Source of the DNA: Dehalococcoidia bacterium
GTDB lineage: Bacteria; Chloroflexota; Dehalococcoidia; Lucifugimonadales; UBA2962
Length of the DNA stretch: 64,000 bases
Reading direction: 5' to 3'
Assembly: GCA_965116605.1 (NCBI GenBank)
Contig: OZ220697.1
Coordinates: 81,427 to 145,426, forward strand
The notes under the pieces are model-generated. The model was not told the DNA's origin. It ran no database searches and saw only the letters and a list, made by a program, of their open reading frames with translations. Below, one piece after another: positions 36,213 through 45,258 of this stretch. How positions within the stretch are numbered: the first letter of the stretch is position 1; the number at the start of each line of letters is the position of its first letter. The position numbers were made by a program, and so were the translations under genes.

Positions 36213-37244
36213 CTATGTGAATGTGAGGGCGCGGGCGGGATTGGCGACCAGGATCTTGTCGATCTGTTCGGCGCTCACGCCCATCTTCCGCATGCGCGGG
36301 ACGATGTTGTCGATGATGTGGGCATAGCCCTTGCCGCCGTTTCGGCGCATGTGCCACTTGCGGCATATGTCGTGCGCGATGACGACCTGGTCCTCAAAGC
36401 CCTCGGCGAGCAGGAACAGGATCCTCTCGAGGCGCTGGCCGTCGTTCGGCATGTTTATGTGCGGCTCGACGAACGGGCCGGTGTTCTCCCAGCTGAATAT
36501 GTCGTACTCCAGGAAGCATCCCGTCTCGGCCAGGGCCCGCAGGGCCCCGGGGTCCTGGACGGCCGTGTCCAGGTGGCCGATGATCACCCGCGCAGGATCT
36601 GCGCCGCCCTCGACTAGCCGGTCGATGATGCCGGCGGGCGCCTCGTCCCCGACCCCCGAGTGGATGGTGATGGGCGCCCCGGTCTCGGCCTGGGCGCGCC
36701 CGGAGGCGCGAAGGACCTTTATCTCGTTGTCCGTAAGAGGCCAGAAGTTCCCGACCTCCCCTATGATCCCGCTCCGAACGCCCGTATCGCCCACGCCCTC
36801 GGTGATGTCGGCGATGATCTCGCGGGCGATGCCGTCCTCGGACCGACTGTCCATGTCCGGCGGGTGCGCGTAGGTGACGTAGTAGCTCGAGCCCATGACG
36901 ATGTTCAGGCCGGTCGCCCGCGATATCCGGGCAAGCGCCAGGGGATCGCGGCCGATGCCGACGCACGTGGTGTCCACGAACGAACCGCCGCCGGCGTGCC
37001 TGAACTCGAGGACCTCCTCGATCATGGCCCTCTCGTCGTACATGCGGCTCCCGTCAAGGTGGTGGTTGTAGAGCACGTCCGATCTGGCCGTCAGCTCCGG
37101 GTAGAAGGGGATGTCCTTAAAGGCCCGGAGGCTGGCGTGCTCCGACTCGCGGAAATAGCACGTGGTGTCAAGGAGCATGTGCTCGTGCATCAGGGTGACG
37201 CCGAGCCGGGCCGGCTCGATCGGTCCCAGCACGGTCTGGACCAT
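36213..37244 (-). CDS. Phosphotriesterase-related (PTE/Php family) amidohydrolase
   Basis: GVTLMHEHMLLD (HxH metal motif) and the later ITIHSG / GHLD pattern. ATG 37244 (MVQTVLGPI). The ORF-track maximum is 37268. Confidence 0.75.
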   Translation of the reverse strand: MVQTVLGPIEPARLGVTLMHEHMLLDTTCYFRESEHASLRAFKDIPFYPELTARSDVLYNHHLDGSRMYDERAMIEEVLEFRHAGGGSFVDTTCVGIGRDPLALARISRATGLNIVMGSSYYVTYAHPPDMDSRSEDGIAREIIADITEGVGDTGVRSGIIGEVGNFWPLTDNEIKVLRASGRAQAETGAPITIHSGVGDEAPAGIIDRLVEGGADPARVIIGHLDTAVQDPGALRALAETGCFLEYDIFSWENTGPFVEPHINMPNDGQRLERILFLLAEGFEDQVVIAHDICRKWHMRRNGGKGYAHIIDNIVPRMRKMGVSAEQIDKILVANPARALTFT

Positions 37245-37405
37245 GCCCCTAGGGCCTCTTGCGGCCAATGCCCCTCCCCGGATGCGCTGATGCCCCTATG
37301 GCGGGAGCGGCGGTGGCACCGCCTCGCCGGGGCGTGGTCGTTTTATCACGGGCCATCTGCCCCGTCAACTTCGGACCGGCCGCTCAGCGCGCATGCAGTC
37401 GGCCG

Positions 37406-38412
37406 TCAGAGGGCCGCGGCGACCCTCCCGGAGAGCCTGGCCATCCAGCGCTCGATGAGCGAGTCCGAGGAGCAGACGAGGGCAGAGCGGGCCATCATCG
37501 AGTAGACCCACCTGCGCGAGACGCGGGCCCTCTCGCCTGCGGCAAGCCACCTTGGCCGGCGGGCGAGGATCGCCAGGGTCTCAAGGCCCATCAGGACCGG
37601 CCAGAGCGCGGCCAGCCTGAGGCGGCGCTCTCCGCGCGGTATCGCCAGCACGTAGCGCTGCGCCTCCCCGTAGTGCCCGAGGGCGACCTCCATCCACTCC
37701 GTAAGCACGGGCCGCGCCGGAGCCGAGCTCTCGGGATCGAGGAGGTCGGAGGGCGCCAGGCCCAGCTCACCGAGCCGGTCGAGCGGGAGGTAGCACCGGC
37801 CGTTGCGGAGGTCGGCGGGCACGTCGCGAAGGACGTTGGTCAGCTGAAGGGCCTTGCCGAACCGGGTGCCCGTCTCGCTCATCGAGTCGATATCCCAGGC
37901 GGAAAGGGCGGGAGAGTGGGCCGCGCATGTCTCCGTCCAGAAAGCCCCCACGCAGCCGGCGACAAGGTACGTGTAGCGGTCGAGCTCGGCCGCGTCGGCA
38001 AGGGCCGTGACCCCGCCCGGCCCGCCTGCCGGGAACGAGGAGAGGTCCATCTCCATGCCCTCGGTCAGCGTCGTGACGACGCTGCGGATGCGGCGGCGGT
38101 CGGCAGGGTCCGCCCGGTCGAGCTCCTCAAGCAGGGTGACGAGCGAGGCCAGCAGGTCGGCCTCGGCAGGTGAGGCCTCGGTCGCCAGGACATCGGCGGC
38201 GATCCCCCCAGGGCGTCCGCCGACCAGGGACCGTTTATCTGGCCCCTGAGCGTAACCAGGTGCCCGAGGCGTCGGTCCGGCGGGATGGCACGGGCGTCCG
38301 AGATCGTGTCCGCGGCCCGGGCCAGCAGGTAGGCAAGGCCGATCGGTGCCCTCAGCGGACCCGGCAGGACCCGGATCGACAGGTAGAAGGCGCGGGAGGT
38401 CCGCCTCAGCAG
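37406..38412 (-). pseudogene. Squalene/phytoene synthase family gene interrupted by a 1-nt frameshift at a C6 run (authentic pseudogene or homopolymer sequencing error)
   Basis: The C-terminal 260 aa are in the ORF-track frame (YTYLVAGCVGAFW, LQLTNVLRDVPADLRNGRCYLP). My translation of another frame from 38412 gives LLRRTSRAFYLSIRVLPGPLRAPIGLAYLLARAADTISD, the family N-terminus with the first DxxxD motif. The frames meet at ccctgggggga (plus-strand C-run 38204-38209). Confidence 0.65.
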
Positions 38413-38435
38413 CCGGACCGGGTCGGTGTCGGGGG

Positions 38436-39596
38436 CTACGGCGTGTACAGCTCCGTTTCGGCCAGCACGGTCTCGGCGATCCCGCTCTGGCCGCCGATGA
38501 GCAGGACGCGGCCGTCATCCAGCAGAACGGCCGTGTAACGGTAGCGGTCGAAGTTCATGTCTCCGGCGGACTGCCACGAGTTGGTATCGGGATCGTACAG
38601 CTCGGCCGACTTGCGCTTTCCGACCCCTCCGGCAACGAGCACGCGTCCGTCGGTAAGCAGCGTGGCCGTGTGCTCAGCGCGGGAGATCGACATCTCGCCT
38701 GCGGACGACCAGGAGTTGGTCGCCGGATCGTATACATCGGCGCTCGTGCGCTTGCCCAGCCCCCCGGCTACCAGGACGCGCCCGTCGGCGAGCAGGGTTG
38801 CGGTGTGCAGTGCGCGGCCGATGCTCATCTCACCGGCCGAAGACCAGGAGTCGGTGCCCGGATCGTAGACCTCGGCCGTGGCGTGGTAGGGTCCGTCGAA
38901 CTTGCCTCCCCCGGTCACCAGTACGCGGCCGTCGGCGAGCAGGGTTGCGGTGTGCAGCGCGCGGCCCGTCTCCATCTCGGAGGTCAGCGTCCATTCCCCG
39001 GTCTCAGGGTCGTAGATCTCGGCGTGGGCCTGCTGCTGGAAAGTCTTGCTCTTGCCCCCGGTGACTATCACGCGGCCGTCGGCCAGGACGACCGAGGCCC
39101 CCTGCTCCCTGTCGCGGAGCATCTTGCTGGTGGGGCTCCACTGGCCGGTCTCCGGGTCCCAGACCTCCGCGGTCTTGTGCGGGACGAGCCGGTTGTCGTT
39201 GCCCCCGGCCAGGAGCACGCGCCCGTCCGGAAGCTCTGCGATCGTGGGGAACTGGCGATCCTCCTCCGCCGATCCGGTCCTCGTCCACCGCCCGGTCGCA
39301 GGGTCGTAGATCTCTGCGCTGTGGTGGACGATGGGCCACTCGCTCACACCCTTGCCGCGACCTCCCACGGACATTACCCGCCCGTCGGACAGCTTGACCG
39401 AGGCGTGGTACTGGCGGTCGTTGCCCATCTCACCGGTCAGGGTAAAGGTGCCGACGCTGCCGGTTGCGGGGCCCGCTTCGGTCGGCTCTGCGGCGCCGGT
39501 CTCGGGCGTGTCGCCCGGCGATGCCGCCGGCGCCCCGCTGCAGGCCGCCGAGACGGCGAGCACCGCGATCAGGAGGGAGGCGAGCGGGCCGCGCAG
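38436..39596 (-). CDS. Kelch-repeat beta-propeller lipoprotein
   Basis: Seven to eight ~48-aa repeats (AE[IV]YDPxTxxW...DGRVLVxGG) and a lipobox-like LAVSAAC. The start is unresolved: no ATG/GTG exists upstream of the signal peptide, CTG 39596 is possible, and the ORF-track TTG 39677 lies inside the tRNA. Confidence 0.8.
   Translation of the reverse strand: MRGPLASLLIAVLAVSAACSGAPAASPGDTPETGAAEPTEAGPATGSVGTFTLTGEMGNDRQYHASVKLSDGRVMSVGGRGKGVSEWPIVHHSAEIYDPATGRWTRTGSAEEDRQFPTIAELPDGRVLLAGGNDNRLVPHKTAEVWDPETGQWSPTSKMLRDREQGASVVLADGRVIVTGGKSKTFQQQAHAEIYDPETGEWTLTSEMETGRALHTATLLADGRVLVTGGGKFDGPYHATAEVYDPGTDSWSSAGEMSIGRALHTATLLADGRVLVAGGLGKRTSADVYDPATNSWSSAGEMSISRAEHTATLLTDGRVLVAGGVGKRKSAELYDPDTNSWQSAGDMNFDRYRYTAVLLDDGRVLLIGGQSGIAETVLAETELYTP
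38761..38969 (-). repeat. Near-identical intragenic DNA repeat (adjacent Kelch blades)
   Basis: cccccgg..accag.acgcg.ccgtcggcgagcagggttgcggtgtgcag.gcgcggcc occurs at 38761-38822 and again at 38908-38969. The offset is 147 nt (49 codons) with only a few mismatches. Confidence 0.7.
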
Positions 39597-39605
39597 GCGG
39601 GATTG

Positions 39606-39676
39606 CTGCCCGGCCAGGATTCGAACCTGGGTCAAAGGCTCCAAAGGCCTGTGTGCTACCACTACACCACCGGGCA
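39606..39676 (-). tRNA. tRNA-Gln (anticodon UUG)
   Basis: Manual cloverleaf: acceptor TGCCCGG/CCGGGCA (U1:A72, discriminator G, as in bacterial tRNA-Gln), D arm GTGT-AGTGGTA-GCAC, anticodon arm CAGGC-CTTTGGA-GCCTT, variable TGAC, T arm CCAGG-TTCGAAT-CCTGG. No encoded CCA. Confidence 0.9.
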
Positions 39677-39705
39677 AGGCATGATGGACCCGGGTGGGCC
39701 GGGAA

Positions 39706-40014
39706 TTAGGCGAAGCGCTCCCCGTCTCGGTCCCCTATCTCCGGTTCGCGTTGAGGCTGCGGTTCTGCGTATCCGAGCCGCACCAGCACCTGGTAGATGT
39801 TGGGACACCAGCCTATGCCGTAGACCGTCGGGGTGAGTAGTCGATCGTCCGAGGGGTTCCAAAGCCGTCTTTTGACAGTCTCTAGTCGAGGGATTCTCCA
39901 ATCGAACGGCACGCCCAGGAAGCGACCGTGCGACTTTTTCGCGCCGATCGAGTACACGACCGTGGCGACCGTGAACAATATGAGCGCCGTCTTGACCTTG
40001 CTGCTCATGCCCAC
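39706..40014 (-). CDS. Small membrane protein (DUF5808-like, tentative)
   Basis: N-terminal TM helix ALILFTVATVVYSI, then FLGVPFDWRIP...PTVYGIGWCPN, reminiscent of the GxGW-type short domain. Confidence 0.5.
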   Translation of the reverse strand: MGMSSKVKTALILFTVATVVYSIGAKKSHGRFLGVPFDWRIPRLETVKRRLWNPSDDRLLTPTVYGIGWCPNIYQVLVRLGYAEPQPQREPEIGDRDGERFA

Positions 40015-40073
40015 GACTGATTCTCCTTAGCGCAACCCATTATACTTTGCCGAGCCGCGCAGAGGGGGACTGG

Positions 40074-41537
40074 ATGGCGGAAAGCATCTACTTCGACGTT
40101 ATCGTGGTCGGCGCCGGAAACGCCGCTCTTTGCGCGGCCCTGTCGGCCCGGGAGGCCGGCGCCTCTGTGGCCGTGCTCGAGAAGGCCCCTCCCTCCTCCC
40201 AGGGCGGCAACTGCCCGTACACGGGCGGGGGCTTTCGCTTCACCCACGAAGGACTCGGCGACCTGCGCTCGCTTCTCCCCGGCGACGCCGACCTGGGGCG
40301 CGCGTCGATGGAGCCCTACACCGCCGCCGACTTTCGGCGGCATTTCGCCGAGGCCACCCACGGCGACACGAGCGAGGAGCTTTCCGAGGTGGTCATCGCC
40401 CAGTCGCGGCCGACGATCGACTGGATGCACTCGCGGGGCGTTACCTGGGAGCTGTCGATCAGCCCGGCCCTGGCCAGCGCGCCGTCGGTGATACCGAACC
40501 AGGTCGGCCTCTCGGCGCTGGGATCGGGCCCGGGGCTCGTAGAGATGCTCACCCGGTCGGCGCGGCGGGCCGGGATCCAGGTCCTCTACGAGACCAAGAT
40601 GGTCGAGCTGATGCAGGGAGACCGCGGGCAGGTATGCGGCCTTATCGCCCAGGACGCGGACGGCAGGCACGTGATCCGCAGCAGGGCGGTGGTCCTTGCG
40701 TGCGGGGGTTTCGAGGCGAACGCCGAGATGAGGGTCAAGTACCTCGGGGCGCACTGGGAGAGGGCGAAGGTGCGCGGGTCGCGCTACAACACCGGCGACG
40801 GGCACCGGGCCGCCCTTGCGGTCGGGGCCGCGCCCGCCGGGCAGTGGACGGGCTGCCACGGCACGCCCATCGACGTCGGCGCGCCGGCGACCGGCGACCT
40901 GCCCATCACCGACGCCATGCCGCGGCGCTCGTACCCGCTGGGCATCATGGTAAACGTCGACGGGAGGCGCTTCGTGGACGAGGGGGCCTCGTTCGCAGAG
41001 CAGACGTTCGTCAGGGTGGGCGACGCGGTGCTGGCCCAGGAGCGCAGCACCGCCTTCCAGATATTCGATGCCCGCTCCGCCCCGCTTCTGGAGGAAAGGT
41101 ACGGGGGCTCGAGCCCGGCGAGGGGAGGGACCATCGAGGAGCTGGCCCGGCAGATCGGGGTCAGTCCCGGCGCGCTGAGCGCCACGGTCGAGGCCTACAA
41201 CGCGGAGGCCCACGATGCCGAGTACGCCCCGCGCAGCCTGGACGGCAATTCGACGCGCACGATAAGCCCTTCCAAGTCCAACTGGGCGATACGCATAGAC
41301 CGACCGCCCTTCCTGGCCTACCGGGTCACCGGCGGCATCACCTACACGTACGGCGGCCTGAGGATCGATGCGCATGCGCGGGTGCTCGACATGGAGGACC
41401 GGCCGATCGAGGGCCTGTACGCGGCGGGCGAGATAGTCGGCGGAATCTTCTACTACAACAGCCTGCGGGCAGCGGGCCTGATGCACGGATCGGTCTTCGG
41501 GCGCCTGGGCGGCGCCCACGCCGCGCGGCTGGGCTGA
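40074..41537 (+). CDS. FAD-dependent dehydrogenase (fumarate-reductase flavoprotein-like; TcuA-like)
   Basis: DVIVVGAGNAALCAALSAREAG dinucleotide-binding motif and the C-terminal GGLRIDAHARVLD...GLYAAGE pattern. ATG 40074 (MAESIYF). Confidence 0.7.
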   Translation: MAESIYFDVIVVGAGNAALCAALSAREAGASVAVLEKAPPSSQGGNCPYTGGGFRFTHEGLGDLRSLLPGDADLGRASMEPYTAADFRRHFAEATHGDTSEELSEVVIAQSRPTIDWMHSRGVTWELSISPALASAPSVIPNQVGLSALGSGPGLVEMLTRSARRAGIQVLYETKMVELMQGDRGQVCGLIAQDADGRHVIRSRAVVLACGGFEANAEMRVKYLGAHWERAKVRGSRYNTGDGHRAALAVGAAPAGQWTGCHGTPIDVGAPATGDLPITDAMPRRSYPLGIMVNVDGRRFVDEGASFAEQTFVRVGDAVLAQERSTAFQIFDARSAPLLEERYGGSSPARGGTIEELARQIGVSPGALSATVEAYNAEAHDAEYAPRSLDGNSTRTISPSKSNWAIRIDRPPFLAYRVTGGITYTYGGLRIDAHARVLDMEDRPIEGLYAAGEIVGGIFYYNSLRAAGLMHGSVFGRLGGAHAARLG

Positions 41538-41560
41538 GGGCCGGCCCGCTGGATCCAGAG

Positions 41561-42586
<1,026 letters not shown>

Positions 42587-42589
42587 CGG

Positions 42590-43828
42590 TTGCTGGCACA
42601 GCTTTGGCAGGAGCTGTGGACCGGGCTGTTCGTCATCCTGATCGCCGCCGGCGTCCTGACCGGCCACAGCGTCCTGATCGCCTTCGGGGCGATGGGCCTG
42701 CTCATGACGGGCATCAGCTGGCTGTGGGGCAGGGTCTCGCTCAACCGCGTTACCTACGAGCGGATACTGCCCAGGCGCAGGGTGTTCATAGGCGAGACCG
42801 CGCCCCTTTCCATCGTCCTGACCAACAAAAAGCCGGTGCCGCTGGCCTGGGTGAGGACCGAGGACAACATCCCGGACGCCGTTACCGTTGAGGGAGCCAG
42901 GGTCTCGGCAAGCGTCGATCCCAACTCCTCGACACTTGAGCACCGCACCTCGATAGGCTGGTACGAGCGGATTCGGTGGGACTACTCGGTGCGCTTTCGG
43001 CAGCGCGGCTACTTTCGGCTCGGGCCCGCCCGGGTCGACTCGGGCGACATGTTCGGCCTGTTCGACTCCAGAAAGCGCGTGGACACGACCGACGCCGTGC
43101 TGGTCTACCCCAGGGTTGTGCCCCTCCCGGAGATAGGCATTCCCGGGGGCCGACCCCTGGGCGAGGTGTCCGGCGGGCCGAGGATCTTCCAGGATCCGTC
43201 CAGGCCGGCCGGCGCCCGCGAGTACGAGGCCGGCGACCCGCTGAGCGCCATCGACTGGAAGGCGACGGCCAAGAACCGGTCGCTGTGGGTCCGCACCTTC
43301 GACCCGAGCGCAAATGTCACGGTGATGCTCGCCGTCTCCGTGGAGACATCGCCCCAGCACTGGCGGGGCTACTCGCCGGACCGCCTGGAGCGGGCGATAA
43401 CCGCGGCGGCCTCGCTCGCATCCCACTGCATGGACAGCGGCTATTCGCTCGGCCTGGTCTCAAACGGGGTGCCCATGGTCACCGACAGGGCGGCCGAGCT
43501 GCGCCCGTCGCGCAGCCGGCCCCAGCTCAGGGCGGTGCTCGAGACGCTGGCAACGCTCCAGCCGATAACCCTCTCCCCGATGGCGGCCCACCTCGAGGAC
43601 CGCATGGGCAGGTTCCCGGCGGGCGCAACGGTCGTGGTGGTCACCGCCTACTTTGACGACGACCTCGCCGGGGTGCTGTCCCGCCTGAGGGCCAGGGGGC
43701 ACCCGGCCGCCGTCGTCTACGTGGGCGCCGCCGAGGCGCCCACGGTGCCTGCGGGCGTCGCCCTCTACGACATCGGCGAGCAGATGGCCGGACTGGACGA
43801 TCAAGCCGGGGAGGGGGTGCCCGGATGA
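42590..43828 (+). CDS. DUF58-domain protein (MoxR-associated, vWA-like)
   Basis: N-terminal two TM helices and REYEAGDPLSAIDWKATAK, the DUF58 hallmark. Starts 3 nt after moxR. Confidence 0.75.
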   Translation: MLAQLWQELWTGLFVILIAAGVLTGHSVLIAFGAMGLLMTGISWLWGRVSLNRVTYERILPRRRVFIGETAPLSIVLTNKKPVPLAWVRTEDNIPDAVTVEGARVSASVDPNSSTLEHRTSIGWYERIRWDYSVRFRQRGYFRLGPARVDSGDMFGLFDSRKRVDTTDAVLVYPRVVPLPEIGIPGGRPLGEVSGGPRIFQDPSRPAGAREYEAGDPLSAIDWKATAKNRSLWVRTFDPSANVTVMLAVSVETSPQHWRGYSPDRLERAITAAASLASHCMDSGYSLGLVSNGVPMVTDRAAELRPSRSRPQLRAVLETLATLQPITLSPMAAHLEDRMGRFPAGATVVVVTAYFDDDLAGVLSRLRARGHPAAVVYVGAAEAPTVPAGVALYDIGEQMAGLDDQAGEGVPG

Positions 43829-45240
43829 GCCCTGCGTCACAGGACAGGCTGATAATCGCCGCGCTGGTGGTGTCGGAGAGCGCGTGGATATACGCGATGC
43901 TCGGCATAATCGGTCTTGCCCTCGGCACCGACGGCAGCCCGCTCGGCTGGCTCGCCGTGCTGTCGCTGATGGCGGCCGCGGCGGTGGTGGCCCGCCTCCT
44001 CTCGCGCCTGCCGTCGGGACGGGGGGACTCGCCCGTGGCCGAGGCGTTTCCCTATGCGCTGCAGATGTGCGCGGGGGCGGGCGCGATCTACCTTGTCATG
44101 GCCACCCAGGTCGACCTGTCGGATGCGTTCTGGGACCTGGACTGGCCCGGGGTCGTAGCGAGCGGCTCTGAGGTCGCGGGAGCCAACTTCAGGGCGACGG
44201 TGGGCGCGATAGCGGGGGTGGTGCTCTGGTGGCGGGGAGGGAGTCTCGGCTCTTCCGAGGAGCCCGGCGCCTCGCTCGACCGCAGCTACAAGATCGGGAC
44301 CATGCTGATGGCAATGGCGGTGCTGGTCGACATCGGGACCGCGACGCCGCTCAACACCTTCGGGGTTCTGTTCGTCTTCTTCGCGGGCGCCCTTGCCGGC
44401 CTCGGGGTGGCGCGTCTGGGGCGGGGGGCCGGCGGCGGGAGAGGGGCGATGATATGGCTGCGTGCGGTCGGCGCGGCGGTCGCCGTCGTGCTGGCTATCG
44501 GCTTTGCGTTCAGCCTGGTCCGGCGCAGCATCCTGGACGCGGTCAGCGCGCCGGTGACCGAGGTCCTAGGGTGGATGGGCACGGTCCTGTTCTACGCGTT
44601 CCTGGTCCCCATAGCCTGGGTGGTAAACGGGGCCGTAAGGCTGTTCGTGGCGCTGTTTGCCGGGGATGGGCCGACCGGCGACGTGATACCCGTCGGTGAG
44701 TCCATAGGCGAGCAGTTCCTGCAGGAGCAGTCCGGGCAGACCCCGCTATTTGTGACTGCGCTGGAGTGGCTCCTGCTGGGGATCATCTCGGCGGCGGGCC
44801 TTTACATCCTCTCCCGCGCCCTTCGCCGCCGCGGCAGGGGGTCGGCTCGAACGCCGCCGGGCGTCAGGGAGTCGATCAGGGAGGAGTCAGACCCGGTCTT
44901 CGACGCAGCGGAGATGCTCTACGCCCTCCTGCCCGCGGCGCTTCGCCGCCGCAGGGCCCGCTCGCCGATCCTGCTGCCCGCAGGCCCGCCCGGGGTCGTA
45001 AGGGCGCTGCGGGGCTACTACCGCCTGCTCCTGCATGCAGGGTCGCTCGGGGCGGTGAGGCCGCGCTCGGCGACCCCGGCAGAGTACAGCGGCGAACTAG
45101 AAGCCCTGGTCCCCGGGGGCATCGCCCACAGGGCGACGGCCGCGTTCAACACCGCCTTCTACGGGGGCGCAGAGCCCCCCGCGGCGGAGCTGGACGAGAT
45201 CGGGGCCGAGCTCGACCGGCTGGGCGCCCCGGAGGTCTAG
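43825..45240 (+). CDS. Polytopic membrane protein with C-terminal DUF4129-like domain
   Basis: ATGA overlap with the DUF58 gene. About 7 TM helices. The C-terminal ATPAEYSGELEALVPG...AFNTAFYGG resembles DUF4129 of TgpA-type partners. No transglutaminase Cys-His-Asp core recognised by eye. Confidence 0.55.
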   Translation: MSPASQDRLIIAALVVSESAWIYAMLGIIGLALGTDGSPLGWLAVLSLMAAAAVVARLLSRLPSGRGDSPVAEAFPYALQMCAGAGAIYLVMATQVDLSDAFWDLDWPGVVASGSEVAGANFRATVGAIAGVVLWWRGGSLGSSEEPGASLDRSYKIGTMLMAMAVLVDIGTATPLNTFGVLFVFFAGALAGLGVARLGRGAGGGRGAMIWLRAVGAAVAVVLAIGFAFSLVRRSILDAVSAPVTEVLGWMGTVLFYAFLVPIAWVVNGAVRLFVALFAGDGPTGDVIPVGESIGEQFLQEQSGQTPLFVTALEWLLLGIISAAGLYILSRALRRRGRGSARTPPGVRESIREESDPVFDAAEMLYALLPAALRRRRARSPILLPAGPPGVVRALRGYYRLLLHAGSLGAVRPRSATPAEYSGELEALVPGGIAHRATAAFNTAFYGGAEPPAAELDEIGAELDRLGAPEV

Positions 45241-45258
45241 CCGCGGGCCGAACCCCGG

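Noticed and set aside
37406-38518. Treating the whole 370-aa ORF-track product as the intact squalene/phytoene synthase.
   Set aside because: Its first ~105 residues are Pro/Arg/Gly-rich nonsense overlapping the Kelch gene. The genuine family N-terminus is found in another frame, so a frameshift is the better explanation.
38436-39600. Periodic repeats as a possible CRISPR or other non-coding tandem array.
   Set aside because: The periodicity is 144-147 nt and in frame. The repeats encode Kelch/beta-propeller blades within one continuous ORF, and there is no short direct repeat/spacer organisation.
39606-39676. tRNA-Gln as the attachment site of an integrated element.
   Set aside because: I found no integrase gene and, by eye, no second copy of the tRNA 3' half in the window. 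I cannot exclude one without a computed repeat search.
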